DNA of 64,000 nucleotides, from the NCBI GenBank assembly GCA_963714085.1, contig OY970229.1, positions 160,001 to 224,000 on the forward strand, given 5' to 3'. The translations under genes were made by a program, and so were the position numbers. Under the pieces are notes generated by a model that saw nothing but the letters and a program-made list of their open reading frames with translations, did no database searches and was not told the DNA's origin. Position 1 is the first letter of the stretch; every line of letters begins with the position of its first letter. The DNA is from an uncultured Candidatus Micrarchaeota archaeon. GTDB lineage: Archaea > Micrarchaeota > Micrarchaeia > Anstonellales > Bilamarchaeaceae. This document shows positions 36,541 to 46,190 of the stretch, one piece after another.

Positions 36541-38427
36541 TCATTTAGTGAGCGAGAACGGGGCGAACTCCTTGCCCCCTCCGTGCAGGAACTTCGAGCG
36601 GAACTCTATGATGTTGAGACGGCCCCCTTGTATCAAAGCCTCGAATATCGCGAGCACCATGTTCGCGAAATGCAGTATTATGAACAGCGGTATCGCGGCT
36701 ATCACGAAGAGCCCCATCGCCGGGCTGGGCGCGAAGTACTGGTTTATCAGCTCTGCCAATGCCACGCCCGCGACTCCGATGGCCGCGATCCTCGCGTAGG
36801 AGAGCACGTTGCCCACGAGCCCCGGGAGCTCCATCATGCCGGTGATGCCCTCCGTGAATGCGAGCGCGACTATCGCAATCCCCAATACGGCCAATCCTAC
36901 GGTCCCGTACACCGCGGGTATCAAAGCGAATCCCATCGCAGCGAGCGCGAGCACGCCGCCGACCTCGACGCCCATCCACGCGACCTTTGCCGCCGCGTGC
37001 TTCTTGTTATGATTCCACTCGCTGTACGCCCCGATGAGGAACGCCAGGAACAGGTGCACGAGCCCGATGCACGCAGTGATGGCCACGAGCAGCTCGATGT
37101 TCTCCATCCTGCCGAAGCCCTGCCATAATGCGTTCGCCGGAGCGGGCAGTCCCCAGGAGCGCAGCAGCGTGAAGACCTCGGACTGGTGGAAGCCGGCCCA
37201 TTCGTCGAATATCAGGCCGAAGAATATCGCCGAGAAGCCGCTGTAGAGCCATATCTTGGATACGTTGGACATCATGTAGCTCTTCTCGAACTTCTTGATG
37301 AGCCAGAGCGAGAAGAGCACGGTGGCGATGCCGTATATCACGTCGCCTATCATCATGCCCATTATCACCATGAGGCCGACCGCGTAGAATATGGTCGGGT
37401 CCAGCTCGTAGTAGTTGGGCAGTGAATAGTTCCTTGTGATGAACTCGAACGGGCCCATGGACTCCGGGTTGGCGAGCACGACCGGCGGCTGCTCCTCGTG
37501 GCCGAACTCCACCTCGGACATCGTCGCCTTGTCGCCGAACGTGGCGACAACGTCGGAGAGCTTCTGGACGTGGGATTCTAGCACCCAGCCCTCGAAAACC
37601 GCCATGGACCTGGAGAACCCGAAGCCGGACGCGACCTCGGCCCGGTCCGCCTCCACGCCCAATGAGTATATTATGTCCTGGACCTTGGCCAGATTCGCGT
37701 CGGATATCGATGCGAGCTCGGAACGTATGTCCTTCACCCTGGCCTGAGCGTCGGCGTATGCCTTCTCCAGCGCGGCCCTGGTCTGCGCCGGGGTCGTGGT
37801 GCCGGCGGGTATGTCGATGGGCTCGAACCCCGCGGCCGAAAGCACCTGAGCCGGGCTCTTGTCCGTCTTCTTATATAATAGCAATGCGGTCCTGCTGCGC
37901 GCCGGCTGGATGAGGTTGTACGTCTTGAGCTCCCCGTCCAGCACGCTCTTGAGGGACGGGAGCTTCTCGGCCTGCACGTCGCCCACAGCGTATGCGAGGG
38001 TCCTGGTCTCGAGCTTGGAGAAGTCTATTCCGGCGAACGGGGCTATCTTGTCCATGAGCGCCGTCTGCGCCTTGAGCCGGTTCATCTCCGACTCCTTGGC
38101 CGAAGCCTCGGCCACCAGGCCCTTGAGCTTGTCTTCTATGCCCATCTCGCGGGCGGCTTTCACGGCCTCCTCGGCTCCGAGCAGGCTCTTGCCGGCGTCC
38201 TGCTTCTTGGACGCGTATTTGCTGAGCATGGAGTTTATCGCGCGCATCCGCACGAGCTGCTCGGACACCACGCTGAAGAACTCGAGAGGCCTGCCCTCGT
38301 CCAGGCCGGTGAAGGCGCCCTTCTTTATCTCGACGATGCCCTCGTTGTGCAGAGCGGCGATTAGTTCTGGAAGGGCGGTCCTAAGTGCGAATACCCTGAC
38401 CTTTCGCATCTCCGCTGCCCTGAACAT
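36541..38427 (-). CDS. atpI: A/V-type ATP synthase subunit I
   Basis: LPNYYELDPT, NVLSYARIAA and RLNIIEF motifs. Confidence 0.96.
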   Translation of the reverse strand: MFRAAEMRKVRVFALRTALPELIAALHNEGIVEIKKGAFTGLDEGRPLEFFSVVSEQLVRMRAINSMLSKYASKKQDAGKSLLGAEEAVKAAREMGIEDKLKGLVAEASAKESEMNRLKAQTALMDKIAPFAGIDFSKLETRTLAYAVGDVQAEKLPSLKSVLDGELKTYNLIQPARSRTALLLYKKTDKSPAQVLSAAGFEPIDIPAGTTTPAQTRAALEKAYADAQARVKDIRSELASISDANLAKVQDIIYSLGVEADRAEVASGFGFSRSMAVFEGWVLESHVQKLSDVVATFGDKATMSEVEFGHEEQPPVVLANPESMGPFEFITRNYSLPNYYELDPTIFYAVGLMVIMGMMIGDVIYGIATVLFSLWLIKKFEKSYMMSNVSKIWLYSGFSAIFFGLIFDEWAGFHQSEVFTLLRSWGLPAPANALWQGFGRMENIELLVAITACIGLVHLFLAFLIGAYSEWNHNKKHAAAKVAWMGVEVGGVLALAAMGFALIPAVYGTVGLAVLGIAIVALAFTEGITGMMELPGLVGNVLSYARIAAIGVAGVALAELINQYFAPSPAMGLFVIAAIPLFIILHFANMVLAIFEALIQGGRLNIIEFRSKFLHGGGKEFAPFSLTK

Positions 38428-38433
38428 CGCTGA

Positions 38434-38766
38434 TCACTCCGTGAGAAAACCCTTCACGAGCTTGTCTACGTCCTTGCCTGCCAGCTTCTCCTTCCTTATC
38501 TTGTCAGCATCGTGGCCGGCGTCCTTCACGATCTTCTGCACGTCCGCCTCGATGTCCTTGCTGCCCTTGTCCAGCAGGGAGTTCTTCATGGCCACGACCT
38601 TCTCCTCGGTCGCGGCCCTCTGCTTCTGGACGTCCTCCTTGGCTTTCCTGAGGATGTCGTCCGCGTTGACCTTCGCCGTGCGCAGGATCTCGTCCGATTC
38701 CTGCTCGGCCAGTTTTATCTCTTCGACCGTCTTCATAAAGTCTGAGTGTTCTGAAGCTTCAGTCAT
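38434..38766 (-). CDS. atpH: A/V-type ATP synthase subunit H(G)
   Basis: Coiled coil EEIKLAEQESDEIL; first gene of the operon. Confidence 0.85.
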   Translation of the reverse strand: MTEASEHSDFMKTVEEIKLAEQESDEILRTAKVNADDILRKAKEDVQKQRAATEEKVVAMKNSLLDKGSKDIEADVQKIVKDAGHDADKIRKEKLAGKDVDKLVKGFLTE

Positions 38767-38883
38767 GCTAACACCAAAAACAGTTGCTTTCATTATAAAA
38801 GAGAAATGTTTAAAAAGATGTGCCGCCCAAACTGAGTTCACGACTTAGGTTCACAGTATAAAATGCCTAGACAGCGTGATGAT

Positions 38884-39402
38884 ATGGGAGCGTACAAATA
38901 CATCCAGGAAACGTTGCAGAAGGAATACAAGGCCCGCGACTCCATGTACAGGGAGAAGGTCAGGTCGTGGAGGCACGGCCCGGTCATGGAGAAGGTCGAG
39001 CACCCGGCCAACATAACCCGCGCGAGGCGCCTGGGCTACAAGGCCAAGCAGGGCTACGCCGTGGTCCGCATAAGGATAGACAAGGGCAGGCGCAGGAGGC
39101 AGACGCCCATGGGAGGGAGGAAGCCGAGGCACAACTACGTCTACGTCCAGCCGCAGCTCTCGCACCAGGCCATAGCCGAGCAGCGTGTGAACCGCATCTA
39201 CAAGAACATGGAAGTGCTCAACTCCTACTGGATCGGCGAGGACGGGAACAACAAGTATTTCGAGGTCATCCTCGCGGACCCGTCCAGGAAGGGCGTGGAC
39301 CCCAAGGTCGTGGCCAGGAAGGGCAGGGCGTTCCGCGGGCTCACGAGCTCGGGAAGGAAGGCCCGCGGCCTCGGGCGCGGCAGGCAGAAGCACAGCAGCT
39401 GA
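38884..39402 (+). CDS. rpl15e: 50S ribosomal protein eL15
   Basis: MGAYKY, RARRLGYKAKQG, LNSYWIGEDG, YFEVILADP and RAFRGLTSSG motifs. Confidence 0.97.
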   Translation: MGAYKYIQETLQKEYKARDSMYREKVRSWRHGPVMEKVEHPANITRARRLGYKAKQGYAVVRIRIDKGRRRRQTPMGGRKPRHNYVYVQPQLSHQAIAEQRVNRIYKNMEVLNSYWIGEDGNNKYFEVILADPSRKGVDPKVVARKGRAFRGLTSSGRKARGLGRGRQKHSS

Positions 39403-39460
39403 TTTTCTTTTTTCTATTTATGTTAAAGATATACTAAACCATTAGCTTGAGGCTAGTAAG

Positions 39461-39766
39461 ATGGCGCTAGAGCTTTTCTTGATATGGTATTTCATAATCG
39501 GTTTTCTGCTGGCCAACGGCGTGCCACATTTCGTATTTGGTGCGGCAGGGAAGATATTCAGGAGCCCGTTCGGCCAAAAATCGCAACCCACGGTCAACGT
39601 ACTCTGGGGACTGTTCAACTTCGTGCTCGCAACGATAATCGCCATGGGGCTGGTGATGCTCAACCTGTACGATAGCTATGCGCTGCCGGCCATGCTGATC
39701 GGGTTCTGGCTCAGTGCGTTGATATTCGGGTTAGAAATCAAGAGATTCCTGAACGAGCCTAAATGA
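39461..39766 (+). CDS. Small membrane protein
   Basis: Three TM segments; ANGVPHF..G...SPF..NVLWG pattern. Confidence 0.75.
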   Translation: MALELFLIWYFIIGFLLANGVPHFVFGAAGKIFRSPFGQKSQPTVNVLWGLFNFVLATIIAMGLVMLNLYDSYALPAMLIGFWLSALIFGLEIKRFLNEPK

Positions 39767-39920
39767 TAAAGTATAGAACATCCGGGCTTAAAAAAAAGTT
39801 CTTCAAACCCATGAGATGTCCAGCGGCGGGCAGAAGAGGAAATATGTTCCTTTTAAATAATCTTTTTCCTATATAAGATACTGTTTCTCACATACAGACG
39901 ATTCCAGGGGGTCGATACTC

Positions 39921-40697
39921 ATGAAATGCGCGATGGTCTCGCTGGTAGGCGACCAGAGCAGGGCGAACAGGGCCGCGTTCAGGAAGGAGAAGTTCGGCAA
40001 CGCCGTGCTGGTCAGCAGCATACTCGAGAGGACGAAGGGCAGCGACCTCGTGCTCTTCTCGGGCTGGACGCTCAAAAGCAAGGAGGAGCTGGAGGAGGTC
40101 GTCCGCAGGACCGCGGGCACGGCGCAGACATTCATACTCGAGGTCGGGTTCGGCCTGCGCGCGAAGGACGCGAGCGAGGGCTACTACGTGATAAGCCCTA
40201 GGAAGGACGGCCCCGAGGCATTGAAGCAGGAGTTCGCCTTCAGCAAGGACGTCAACGGCAAGCGAGACAGGATAAACTCCTATCTGGACAAGCTGGAGAA
40301 GGAGCGCTGCTTCGACATAAACGGCAGGAAGATGCGGCTCATAATCTGCGGCGAGAACAACGTGCTGAAGAACATCCAGTCGCAGGGGAATAAAGTAGTG
40401 TGCCGCGTGGACGACGAGGGCTCGCGCAGGAGGCTGGACGCGATACTCAGGGACACGGACGTGTTCCTCAACCCCTCGCACACGCCGCCCGGCAACCTCG
40501 GCAAGATGCACAGGCGCTGGGAGTTCCTGAGCCAGGACGGACGCGCGGCGCTGTTCGTCACGAACGAGAACCCGGGGCGGAGCAAGGACCTGGGCAAGCG
40601 CTCGCTCTCGTACGCGTTCCAGGACGGCGCGCAGAAGAAGGCCACGCACGAGATCGACGAGGCGGGCAACTACAGGATGACGTTCGTGGAGCTCTAG
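39921..40697 (+). CDS. Divergent carbon-nitrogen hydrolase (nitrilase-fold)-like protein
   Basis: DLVLFSG and RLIICGENN (nucleophile-Cys context), FLNPSH. Confidence 0.6.
   Translation: MKCAMVSLVGDQSRANRAAFRKEKFGNAVLVSSILERTKGSDLVLFSGWTLKSKEELEEVVRRTAGTAQTFILEVGFGLRAKDASEGYYVISPRKDGPEALKQEFAFSKDVNGKRDRINSYLDKLEKERCFDINGRKMRLIICGENNVLKNIQSQGNKVVCRVDDEGSRRRLDAILRDTDVFLNPSHTPPGNLGKMHRRWEFLSQDGRAALFVTNENPGRSKDLGKRSLSYAFQDGAQKKATHEIDEAGNYRMTFVEL
40646..40693 (+). repeat. 48-bp direct repeat (gene tail), second copy at 41439-41486
   Basis: GCACGAGATCGACGAGGCGGGCAACTACAGGATGAC(G/A)TTCGTGGAGCT, 47/48 identical; brackets the TA pair. Confidence 0.95.
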
Positions 40698-40731
40698 GAC
40701 GCCTTTGATGGCAGGCGTGCTCTCCGGATGA

Positions 40732-41097
40732 TCACTTTTTCCGGTAGCCGAACATTCTGTCATACGTCGGATGGTCTATGACGTAAAGGATGAACGCGAC
40801 AATCTCGATCTGGTTTCCATCGAGAGTATACAGCATCCTCCAATAGCCGGTCAGTTCAACGCGGAACAGGTTCGAGACATCCAAGGTTTTCGGAATCAGG
40901 TTATGGGCGACCTTATCCCCGAAAGTCGGATTGATCTTCAGGAGTTCTGACTTTTGTTTTATGGACTTCAATAGCTGGATCTCTTCCGAGTTTGTTATCC
41001 CCTTGGCCTGTTGCCCGCCAACGATCCGGTTAAGCTCTTCGAACTGCTCTTTGGCCTGGTCCAGCAGGATGACTTTGACGGGGCGCCTGTCGCTCAT
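40732..41097 (-). CDS. RelE-like toxin (putative)
   Basis: VKVILLDQAKEQF and LFRVELTGYWRMLYTL pattern; ATG overlaps the upstream gene's stop. Confidence 0.7.
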   Translation of the reverse strand: MSDRRPVKVILLDQAKEQFEELNRIVGGQQAKGITNSEEIQLLKSIKQKSELLKINPTFGDKVAHNLIPKTLDVSNLFRVELTGYWRMLYTLDGNQIEIVAFILYVIDHPTYDRMFGYRKK

Positions 41098-41363
41098 ATT
41101 TCCAACCCTCGTTGTTTGATTCTCTCGAGCTCTGCTGGAGGACGATAGATCCAAACGACGCCTTTGGTGGTGATGAGGACTTTGCCGCTTTCTTGGAGAT
41201 AATCCAGGACTTGCAGGAGCGTCGAGTGCATCACTTGCTTTGGGAGCCTCCGTTTCAGCTCTGAAACCTTGATTATCTCTTTTGCCTCTTGCAGCACTTT
41301 CTCCACCATCATCACGGTATTGAGTGTTGGCGAGTGCATTATCTGGATTTGTTCTCCTCTCAT
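41094..41363 (-). CDS. wHTH antitoxin-like protein (putative)
   Basis: HSPTLNTVMMVE..ELKRRLP..LDYLQESGKV; small gene coupled to the toxin. Confidence 0.7.
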   Translation of the reverse strand: MRGEQIQIMHSPTLNTVMMVEKVLQEAKEIIKVSELKRRLPKQVMHSTLLQVLDYLQESGKVLITTKGVVWIYRPPAELERIKQRGLEI

Positions 41364-41591
41364 AATATATGTTTATACAATAAAGGTATATAAATATATC
41401 TATTTTGCATGGATTTAATTTAAACGATGCTTCGGGATGCACGAGATCGACGAGGCGGGCAACTACAGGATGACATTCGTGGAGCTGTGAGGGCGCCGAG
41501 GCGCAGCGGCTGATTTTCCTTTTTCCCTACACTTCTTGGAGGGCTGGATGATCGCCGGGATATGGCCGTGCTTTCCTGCATCGGCAGGATT

Positions 41592-42686
41592 TCATTCAAT
41601 CATGAATTCTCGCTCTTCGTATCTGTTCCCCATTTTGGGGATCACAACGGTAAAACTCTCACCGCGATTGAGCTCCTTGGCCGCTTGCCGAGGATTTTGG
41701 AGGATGAACTCGTGGATTTTTTTGGCGTTTTGTTCGGATATTACAAACGCATTCCCGCTATGTCCATCTCTACTGCTGGTTCCATGCGACATGCAGAAGG
41801 CTATCTGACCCTGATAAGGGAAAAACAATAAGAAACGCCCTTCCCTAAAGAACATCCCGCAAAACTGGCTACCATCGCGAAGAGCGCTCCAGATCTCGTT
41901 CGCCGTTCCCCCATCCATTTTATTCGCCCTGGTCACGCCGCCTTCGCTTGAACCGGCGCTGGCATTGCGATAGGAATACCCAAAGCCCGGGCTTTCTGCA
42001 AGAAGGCGCTTGATCGCCGCCGCATCCATTGCAGAAGTTCCATCCGCCGGAGCGCCAGCCCATTTCCTGGCCACCAGTTCATGGCCCATCCGTAATGATA
42101 TGTCGGCGTATTGCTTGATGGCATCTTTCACTGCTTGGGCATCAGCGTTCACCGCATGTTGATAAGCCCGTGTCAGCCCGTTCAAAGTTTTTCGTGCCTT
42201 TATGATCGTCGCAGCACCTGCCACTGCGATTACCGTGCCACTGCCGGCAACAGATAGCAAAGACGCTATCCCGCCAATGACAGCAGCAACAGTACCGGCG
42301 GCAGCGATGGTTTTCCCGATTAACAGGGTTTTCCCCGAACGTTGCCTGGAAAGCACCTTTGCGCACCTGGCCACCCGCTTATCGGCATCATCGACATTTT
42401 GGTTTACTTTGTCCGAATCGGCGGCGAGCCTCAGGTAAAGGCCAAACTCGGTTCTGACCGCATCGCCGGATGCTTTGATTTCATCAGCTGTCGGTGCATC
42501 GGACAGATTCGTGACTCCGCTATTGCGCAAACATCGGACTATGGTTTGGTTTAATTCACCCAGCCCATGCCTGACCGTATCTTGTCGTTGAGAGAGCGTG
42601 TCGTGCATAGGAGCTTCGGATATCGGGGATAGTCTGCGTCTTTCCCCTGTTTGTCCAACTGAAGCTTTTAACGAGGTCATGACCAT
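41592..42686 (-). CDS. Hypothetical protein with a central hydrophobic Gly/Ala hairpin
   Basis: 364 aa; TIAAAGTVAAVIGGIASLLSVAGSGTVIAVAGAA segment. Confidence 0.7.
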   Translation of the reverse strand: MVMTSLKASVGQTGERRRLSPISEAPMHDTLSQRQDTVRHGLGELNQTIVRCLRNSGVTNLSDAPTADEIKASGDAVRTEFGLYLRLAADSDKVNQNVDDADKRVARCAKVLSRQRSGKTLLIGKTIAAAGTVAAVIGGIASLLSVAGSGTVIAVAGAATIIKARKTLNGLTRAYQHAVNADAQAVKDAIKQYADISLRMGHELVARKWAGAPADGTSAMDAAAIKRLLAESPGFGYSYRNASAGSSEGGVTRANKMDGGTANEIWSALRDGSQFCGMFFREGRFLLFFPYQGQIAFCMSHGTSSRDGHSGNAFVISEQNAKKIHEFILQNPRQAAKELNRGESFTVVIPKMGNRYEEREFMIE

Positions 42687-42852
42687 GAAATAGTTACTCC
42701 AAAACTCTTCTTAAATCTATCTTTTTTATCCGTTTTATACAACATATACGTTATTTGACGAAAAGAGCCTGGATCAGGATTGTTATAAATCCATTTATTA
42801 TTTTTTAATAAAAAAAATGCAGTATAATGACAGTTATGGATCACGACCGGAC

Positions 42853-42909
42853 CTCTTCCGAGTTTGTTATCCCCTTGGCCTGTTGCGCACCAACAATCCG
42901 GTCAAGCTC
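42853..42909. repeat. 57-bp internal fragment of the toxin gene (matches 40981-41037)
   Basis: 53/57 identical, first 34 bp exact. Confidence 0.9.
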
Positions 42910-42959
42910 ATGTGGTCAACCATTAAAAACTATTTGCCGCTACATGACTAGCGATTGCA

Positions 42960-44399
42960 ATGAAGACTTCATTCATATCGCCGCAGGAGAGCGTGAAAAT
43001 GACGATACGGGACCACGTCATAGGGCCGGGCGAGAGGGGCGCGATGAGCGCGGCCCTCACGCGCCTGGAGCCGCTATTCGACAGCGGCGGGGGATTCGCG
43101 ACCCTGCCGCGCGTCACGATGACGCCGCAGTTCTTTTCCGGGTTCCTCAAGCGCGCCGGGGCATCGCACGACAACCCCAAGGCGGAGGACGCGATACGCT
43201 CCGCCAGATTCAACAGGACGGAGAGCGACGCGGTGCGCGAGGCGCTGGAGCAGTTCAAGGGCCTGTACGTGGAGATACGCGCAGACGAATGCACGGCGCT
43301 CAGGAGCGGGCTCTGGGCCAGGAAATACGCCTATTACAACAACTGGGGCGACTCGATAGACGAGATCCTGGACATGGTGAAGAAGGTGCTCGAGTCCGAG
43401 TTCTCCAGGGACGCCATCGCGTTCAAGAGGAGGATGGGGCTGCTGATGGGAGATACCGCGGGCGTGATGTTCATGCCAGTGGACGTCATGCCCTGCCTTG
43501 GCACCATGCAGACCACGCCGCTGCACGCCGTAGCCACCACCGGATTCGCGAAAGACGAGCCCCTTGTCATGATCGGCAGCGGCATCATGGGCGCGGACAA
43601 GCGCGATGCGACAGTCATGCTCGGCAGCGAGCTGGATGAGAGGCACATAAACGACCTGGCGAGGCAGGCCAGGAACAGACACGCGCTCAGCCTCGAGAGC
43701 AAGAGCATATTGCTGAGAGACAAAGAAGAGTACGCAGAGGTGCAGGAGGCGGTCGCGAGGTTCCTTGCGCACCCCGGGCGCGCCCTGTCCAGGCTCAAGC
43801 GGGGGCTCGACGCGCTCAGGTGCTCCGTGCCCATGCAGCTCGAGCTGGCTTACAGCGGGGTGCAGTGGTCTGTGTCCCGCATCAAGCCGGCGGAGTTTAC
43901 GCATATCGCGAAGCCGGAACATTGCGGAAGCATCGTCAGCATGGAGGGCGGCGCCGGACGCGAGCCCGGCACGCAGTACGGCATAGGCGTCTCGGGCAGG
44001 AAGGTGGTGGACTCGGACACCGTGTTCCCGGTCCGCTGCTCTGAGAAAGGGAGGAAGGCGCTGGCAGAGTTCAACGCGCAGGCCGACGGCTACGTGCTGC
44101 TGCTCGACGCCCCGCTCTACAAGCTGCGCACGTCGTTCTCGTTCGCGGACTACTCCAACGCCGCCGCGGTGCTGTGCAGGGAGGAGCCGTGCGGGCGCTC
44201 GGCGATGCCCCAGGTGGGAGGCGCGCTGCGCGAGGCAGGCATAATCGTGCTGGCCAGCAGCATGAACAACGACTTCCTCAGCGGGCTGGAGTTGGGCGAC
44301 GAATTCCTCAACGGGCTGAGGTTCATGCGGCCGAACGAAGTGAAGATGCGCGTGTACGTGAACGACGAGGTGCCCGAGGGCTGGGCGTCGCTGCGCTGA
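42960..44399 (+). CDS. Degenerate PEP synthase/PPDK-like protein
   Basis: VEIRADE..SGLW, AGVMFMPV, PMQLELAY..WSVSRIKP and QVGGALREAGIIVL resemble PPDK_N and swivel-domain motifs. Confidence 0.5.
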   Translation: MKTSFISPQESVKMTIRDHVIGPGERGAMSAALTRLEPLFDSGGGFATLPRVTMTPQFFSGFLKRAGASHDNPKAEDAIRSARFNRTESDAVREALEQFKGLYVEIRADECTALRSGLWARKYAYYNNWGDSIDEILDMVKKVLESEFSRDAIAFKRRMGLLMGDTAGVMFMPVDVMPCLGTMQTTPLHAVATTGFAKDEPLVMIGSGIMGADKRDATVMLGSELDERHINDLARQARNRHALSLESKSILLRDKEEYAEVQEAVARFLAHPGRALSRLKRGLDALRCSVPMQLELAYSGVQWSVSRIKPAEFTHIAKPEHCGSIVSMEGGAGREPGTQYGIGVSGRKVVDSDTVFPVRCSEKGRKALAEFNAQADGYVLLLDAPLYKLRTSFSFADYSNAAAVLCREEPCGRSAMPQVGGALREAGIIVLASSMNNDFLSGLELGDEFLNGLRFMRPNEVKMRVYVNDEVPEGWASLR

Positions 44400-44426
44400 G
44401 AGGCGCAGCTTCTTTCCATAAAAAGC

Positions 44427-45425
44427 TCACTTCCGTACTCCTTCCAAGCGCTCCGCCAATGCGATGAAACGGTCAGCTATGCCCAGGAGCGGCTGTATGA
44501 TGCCGGTCTGGGCGGCTTCCAGGTCTACGAATCGGATTTGAAGGAACCCTGCGACTTCCCTCAGCTGGGCGGCCTCCTCCCTTAGCTTTTGCGGGTCGGC
44601 GGCGTAAAACTCCATCGCCCCGGGCGCGCCTCTTGCGAGCCATTCGATTGCTTCCGCGATGCCGTCTACTTGCGCTTCAGAGCCATGGACGATGAGGCGC
44701 TCGGGCGATTGTCTTACGAGCGAGAGCAGGTTGGCGGTTTCAAGCGACACGTCGGCTGCCGTGGCCACCGCGAGAGCATCGAACGCTGCGGAGGCCGAGA
44801 GGCTGGCGACCCACCTGTCCTGGCCCTGAAAGTCGTTGTGGAATACGTGGAGGAGGCCGAGGCTGGGGAAAACAGGGATCCTGGTGGAGACGCTCCTGCC
44901 ATCGGATTCCTCGAGCGCGATGCCGCTCCGGTTCGGGAGCTCGAGCGGGTGGACTTCGCCGTTGAACTCCATGATCACGCCTTTTGCCGCGATCATCTCG
45001 GCAGGCGTGCTTATCGGGTTGCCGCTCTCCGAGTCGAGCAGCGGGACCAGCGGCTTGCCGTCCGGGGCGAAGCCCTGGTCGCAGAGGAGCATGGTGTCTA
45101 CAAGGCCCGCCTGCCCGTTGCTCGGCCTGAAGAAGACCTTTTTCTTGATTCCATAGTACTGGCATTCGGTCACGACGGAGTCGCCGAGGGCCTTGCCATG
45201 GGCTCCGACCACGGCGGCCGTGCCGACGTGGAATTTCTCGAATCTGAGCCCGTCGGGAAGCGGTTTGAAGTCCCGTGATGCGCCATTTCCCAGGGCGATG
45301 TCGCTGAAGGCGCTGATTGGAAGCATCGCCTTGCGGGCGAGATTGTATGTTGAAAGCCCCTCCAGCCACGTATACGTGGCAGAAGTCGTCCTGACCTCCT
45401 TTTTAGCGACCGCCAAAACGTTCAT
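44427..45425 (-). CDS. Hypothetical protein
   Basis: 332-aa ORF with a GAGAGGTG RBS-like element upstream. Confidence 0.7.
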   Translation of the reverse strand: MNVLAVAKKEVRTTSATYTWLEGLSTYNLARKAMLPISAFSDIALGNGASRDFKPLPDGLRFEKFHVGTAAVVGAHGKALGDSVVTECQYYGIKKKVFFRPSNGQAGLVDTMLLCDQGFAPDGKPLVPLLDSESGNPISTPAEMIAAKGVIMEFNGEVHPLELPNRSGIALEESDGRSVSTRIPVFPSLGLLHVFHNDFQGQDRWVASLSASAAFDALAVATAADVSLETANLLSLVRQSPERLIVHGSEAQVDGIAEAIEWLARGAPGAMEFYAADPQKLREEAAQLREVAGFLQIRFVDLEAAQTGIIQPLLGIADRFIALAERLEGVRK

Positions 45426-45575
45426 TACCGCACCTCTCCATCAGTAAACGTGTTATTCAACAACGTACTTAAAAACTTGTCTATTAACACACGCCTCTGG
45501 CGTTCCTTCCGCGTTTCAGCTTCGGATCAAAGGCTAAAGCAGCCGGCATGAAGGACGAGAGCGGCTGACCTTTTC

Positions 45576-46118
45576 TTATAATTCGTCATCGGCCTTACGA
45601 CGAGGGCGTTCCGGCCTTTTCGGAGGCGCGGCGATTTTCTCGCTCAGGTATCTTGTTCTGGGGTCCGCGTACCGGCTCTCGAACACGCTGATTCGCGCTG
45701 ACGGGTCCAGCCTGAAGCGGTCGAGCGCTGCGGGCAGGTTTATGTCGGTGGACTCCAGCGTCTTCAGGTAGCCGACATAACCGAGCAGCGCGAGCCGCTG
45801 CACTTCGGAGCCGTAGCACCTGCACATGGCGAGCACGGTGATATGCTCGCGCTCGGTGAGCGGCCTGTCAGCGAAAGACAGCAGGGTCAGGCAGCTTTTC
45901 GTGATCATCACGTCTGGATGGAACTGCTCGATTCTCCGGTTTAGAAGCCGCCTGACGCTCTTTTCCATCGCTTTTTTTCTCCGGTTCAGAAGGCGCCTGG
46001 CGTTCCTGCGCATTATCGTCTCCGGGTCCAGCGGTTGGCGCGGCTTCGGGGCTGCGCGCGGCACCCGTCTTTCGCAGGGCGGTTCCATCATTATCGCGAA
46101 ACTTAGCTGCCTCCCCAA
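45576..46118 (-). CDS. Hypothetical basic protein
   Basis: 180-aa Arg-rich ORF with a TTG start. Confidence 0.55.
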   Translation of the reverse strand: MGRQLSFAIMMEPPCERRVPRAAPKPRQPLDPETIMRRNARRLLNRRKKAMEKSVRRLLNRRIEQFHPDVMITKSCLTLLSFADRPLTEREHITVLAMCRCYGSEVQRLALLGYVGYLKTLESTDINLPAALDRFRLDPSARISVFESRYADPRTRYLSEKIAAPPKRPERPRRKADDEL

Positions 46119-46190
46119 ATCAATCCCCTTTTAACTCCTATCCGGTATGTATATGATTGATATTATAAATGTTTATTCCGGTGTTCCATA

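Noticed and set aside
39823..39836. 13/14 match to the rpl15e 3' region (39377-39390)
   Set aside because: Too short and GC-rich to distinguish from chance.
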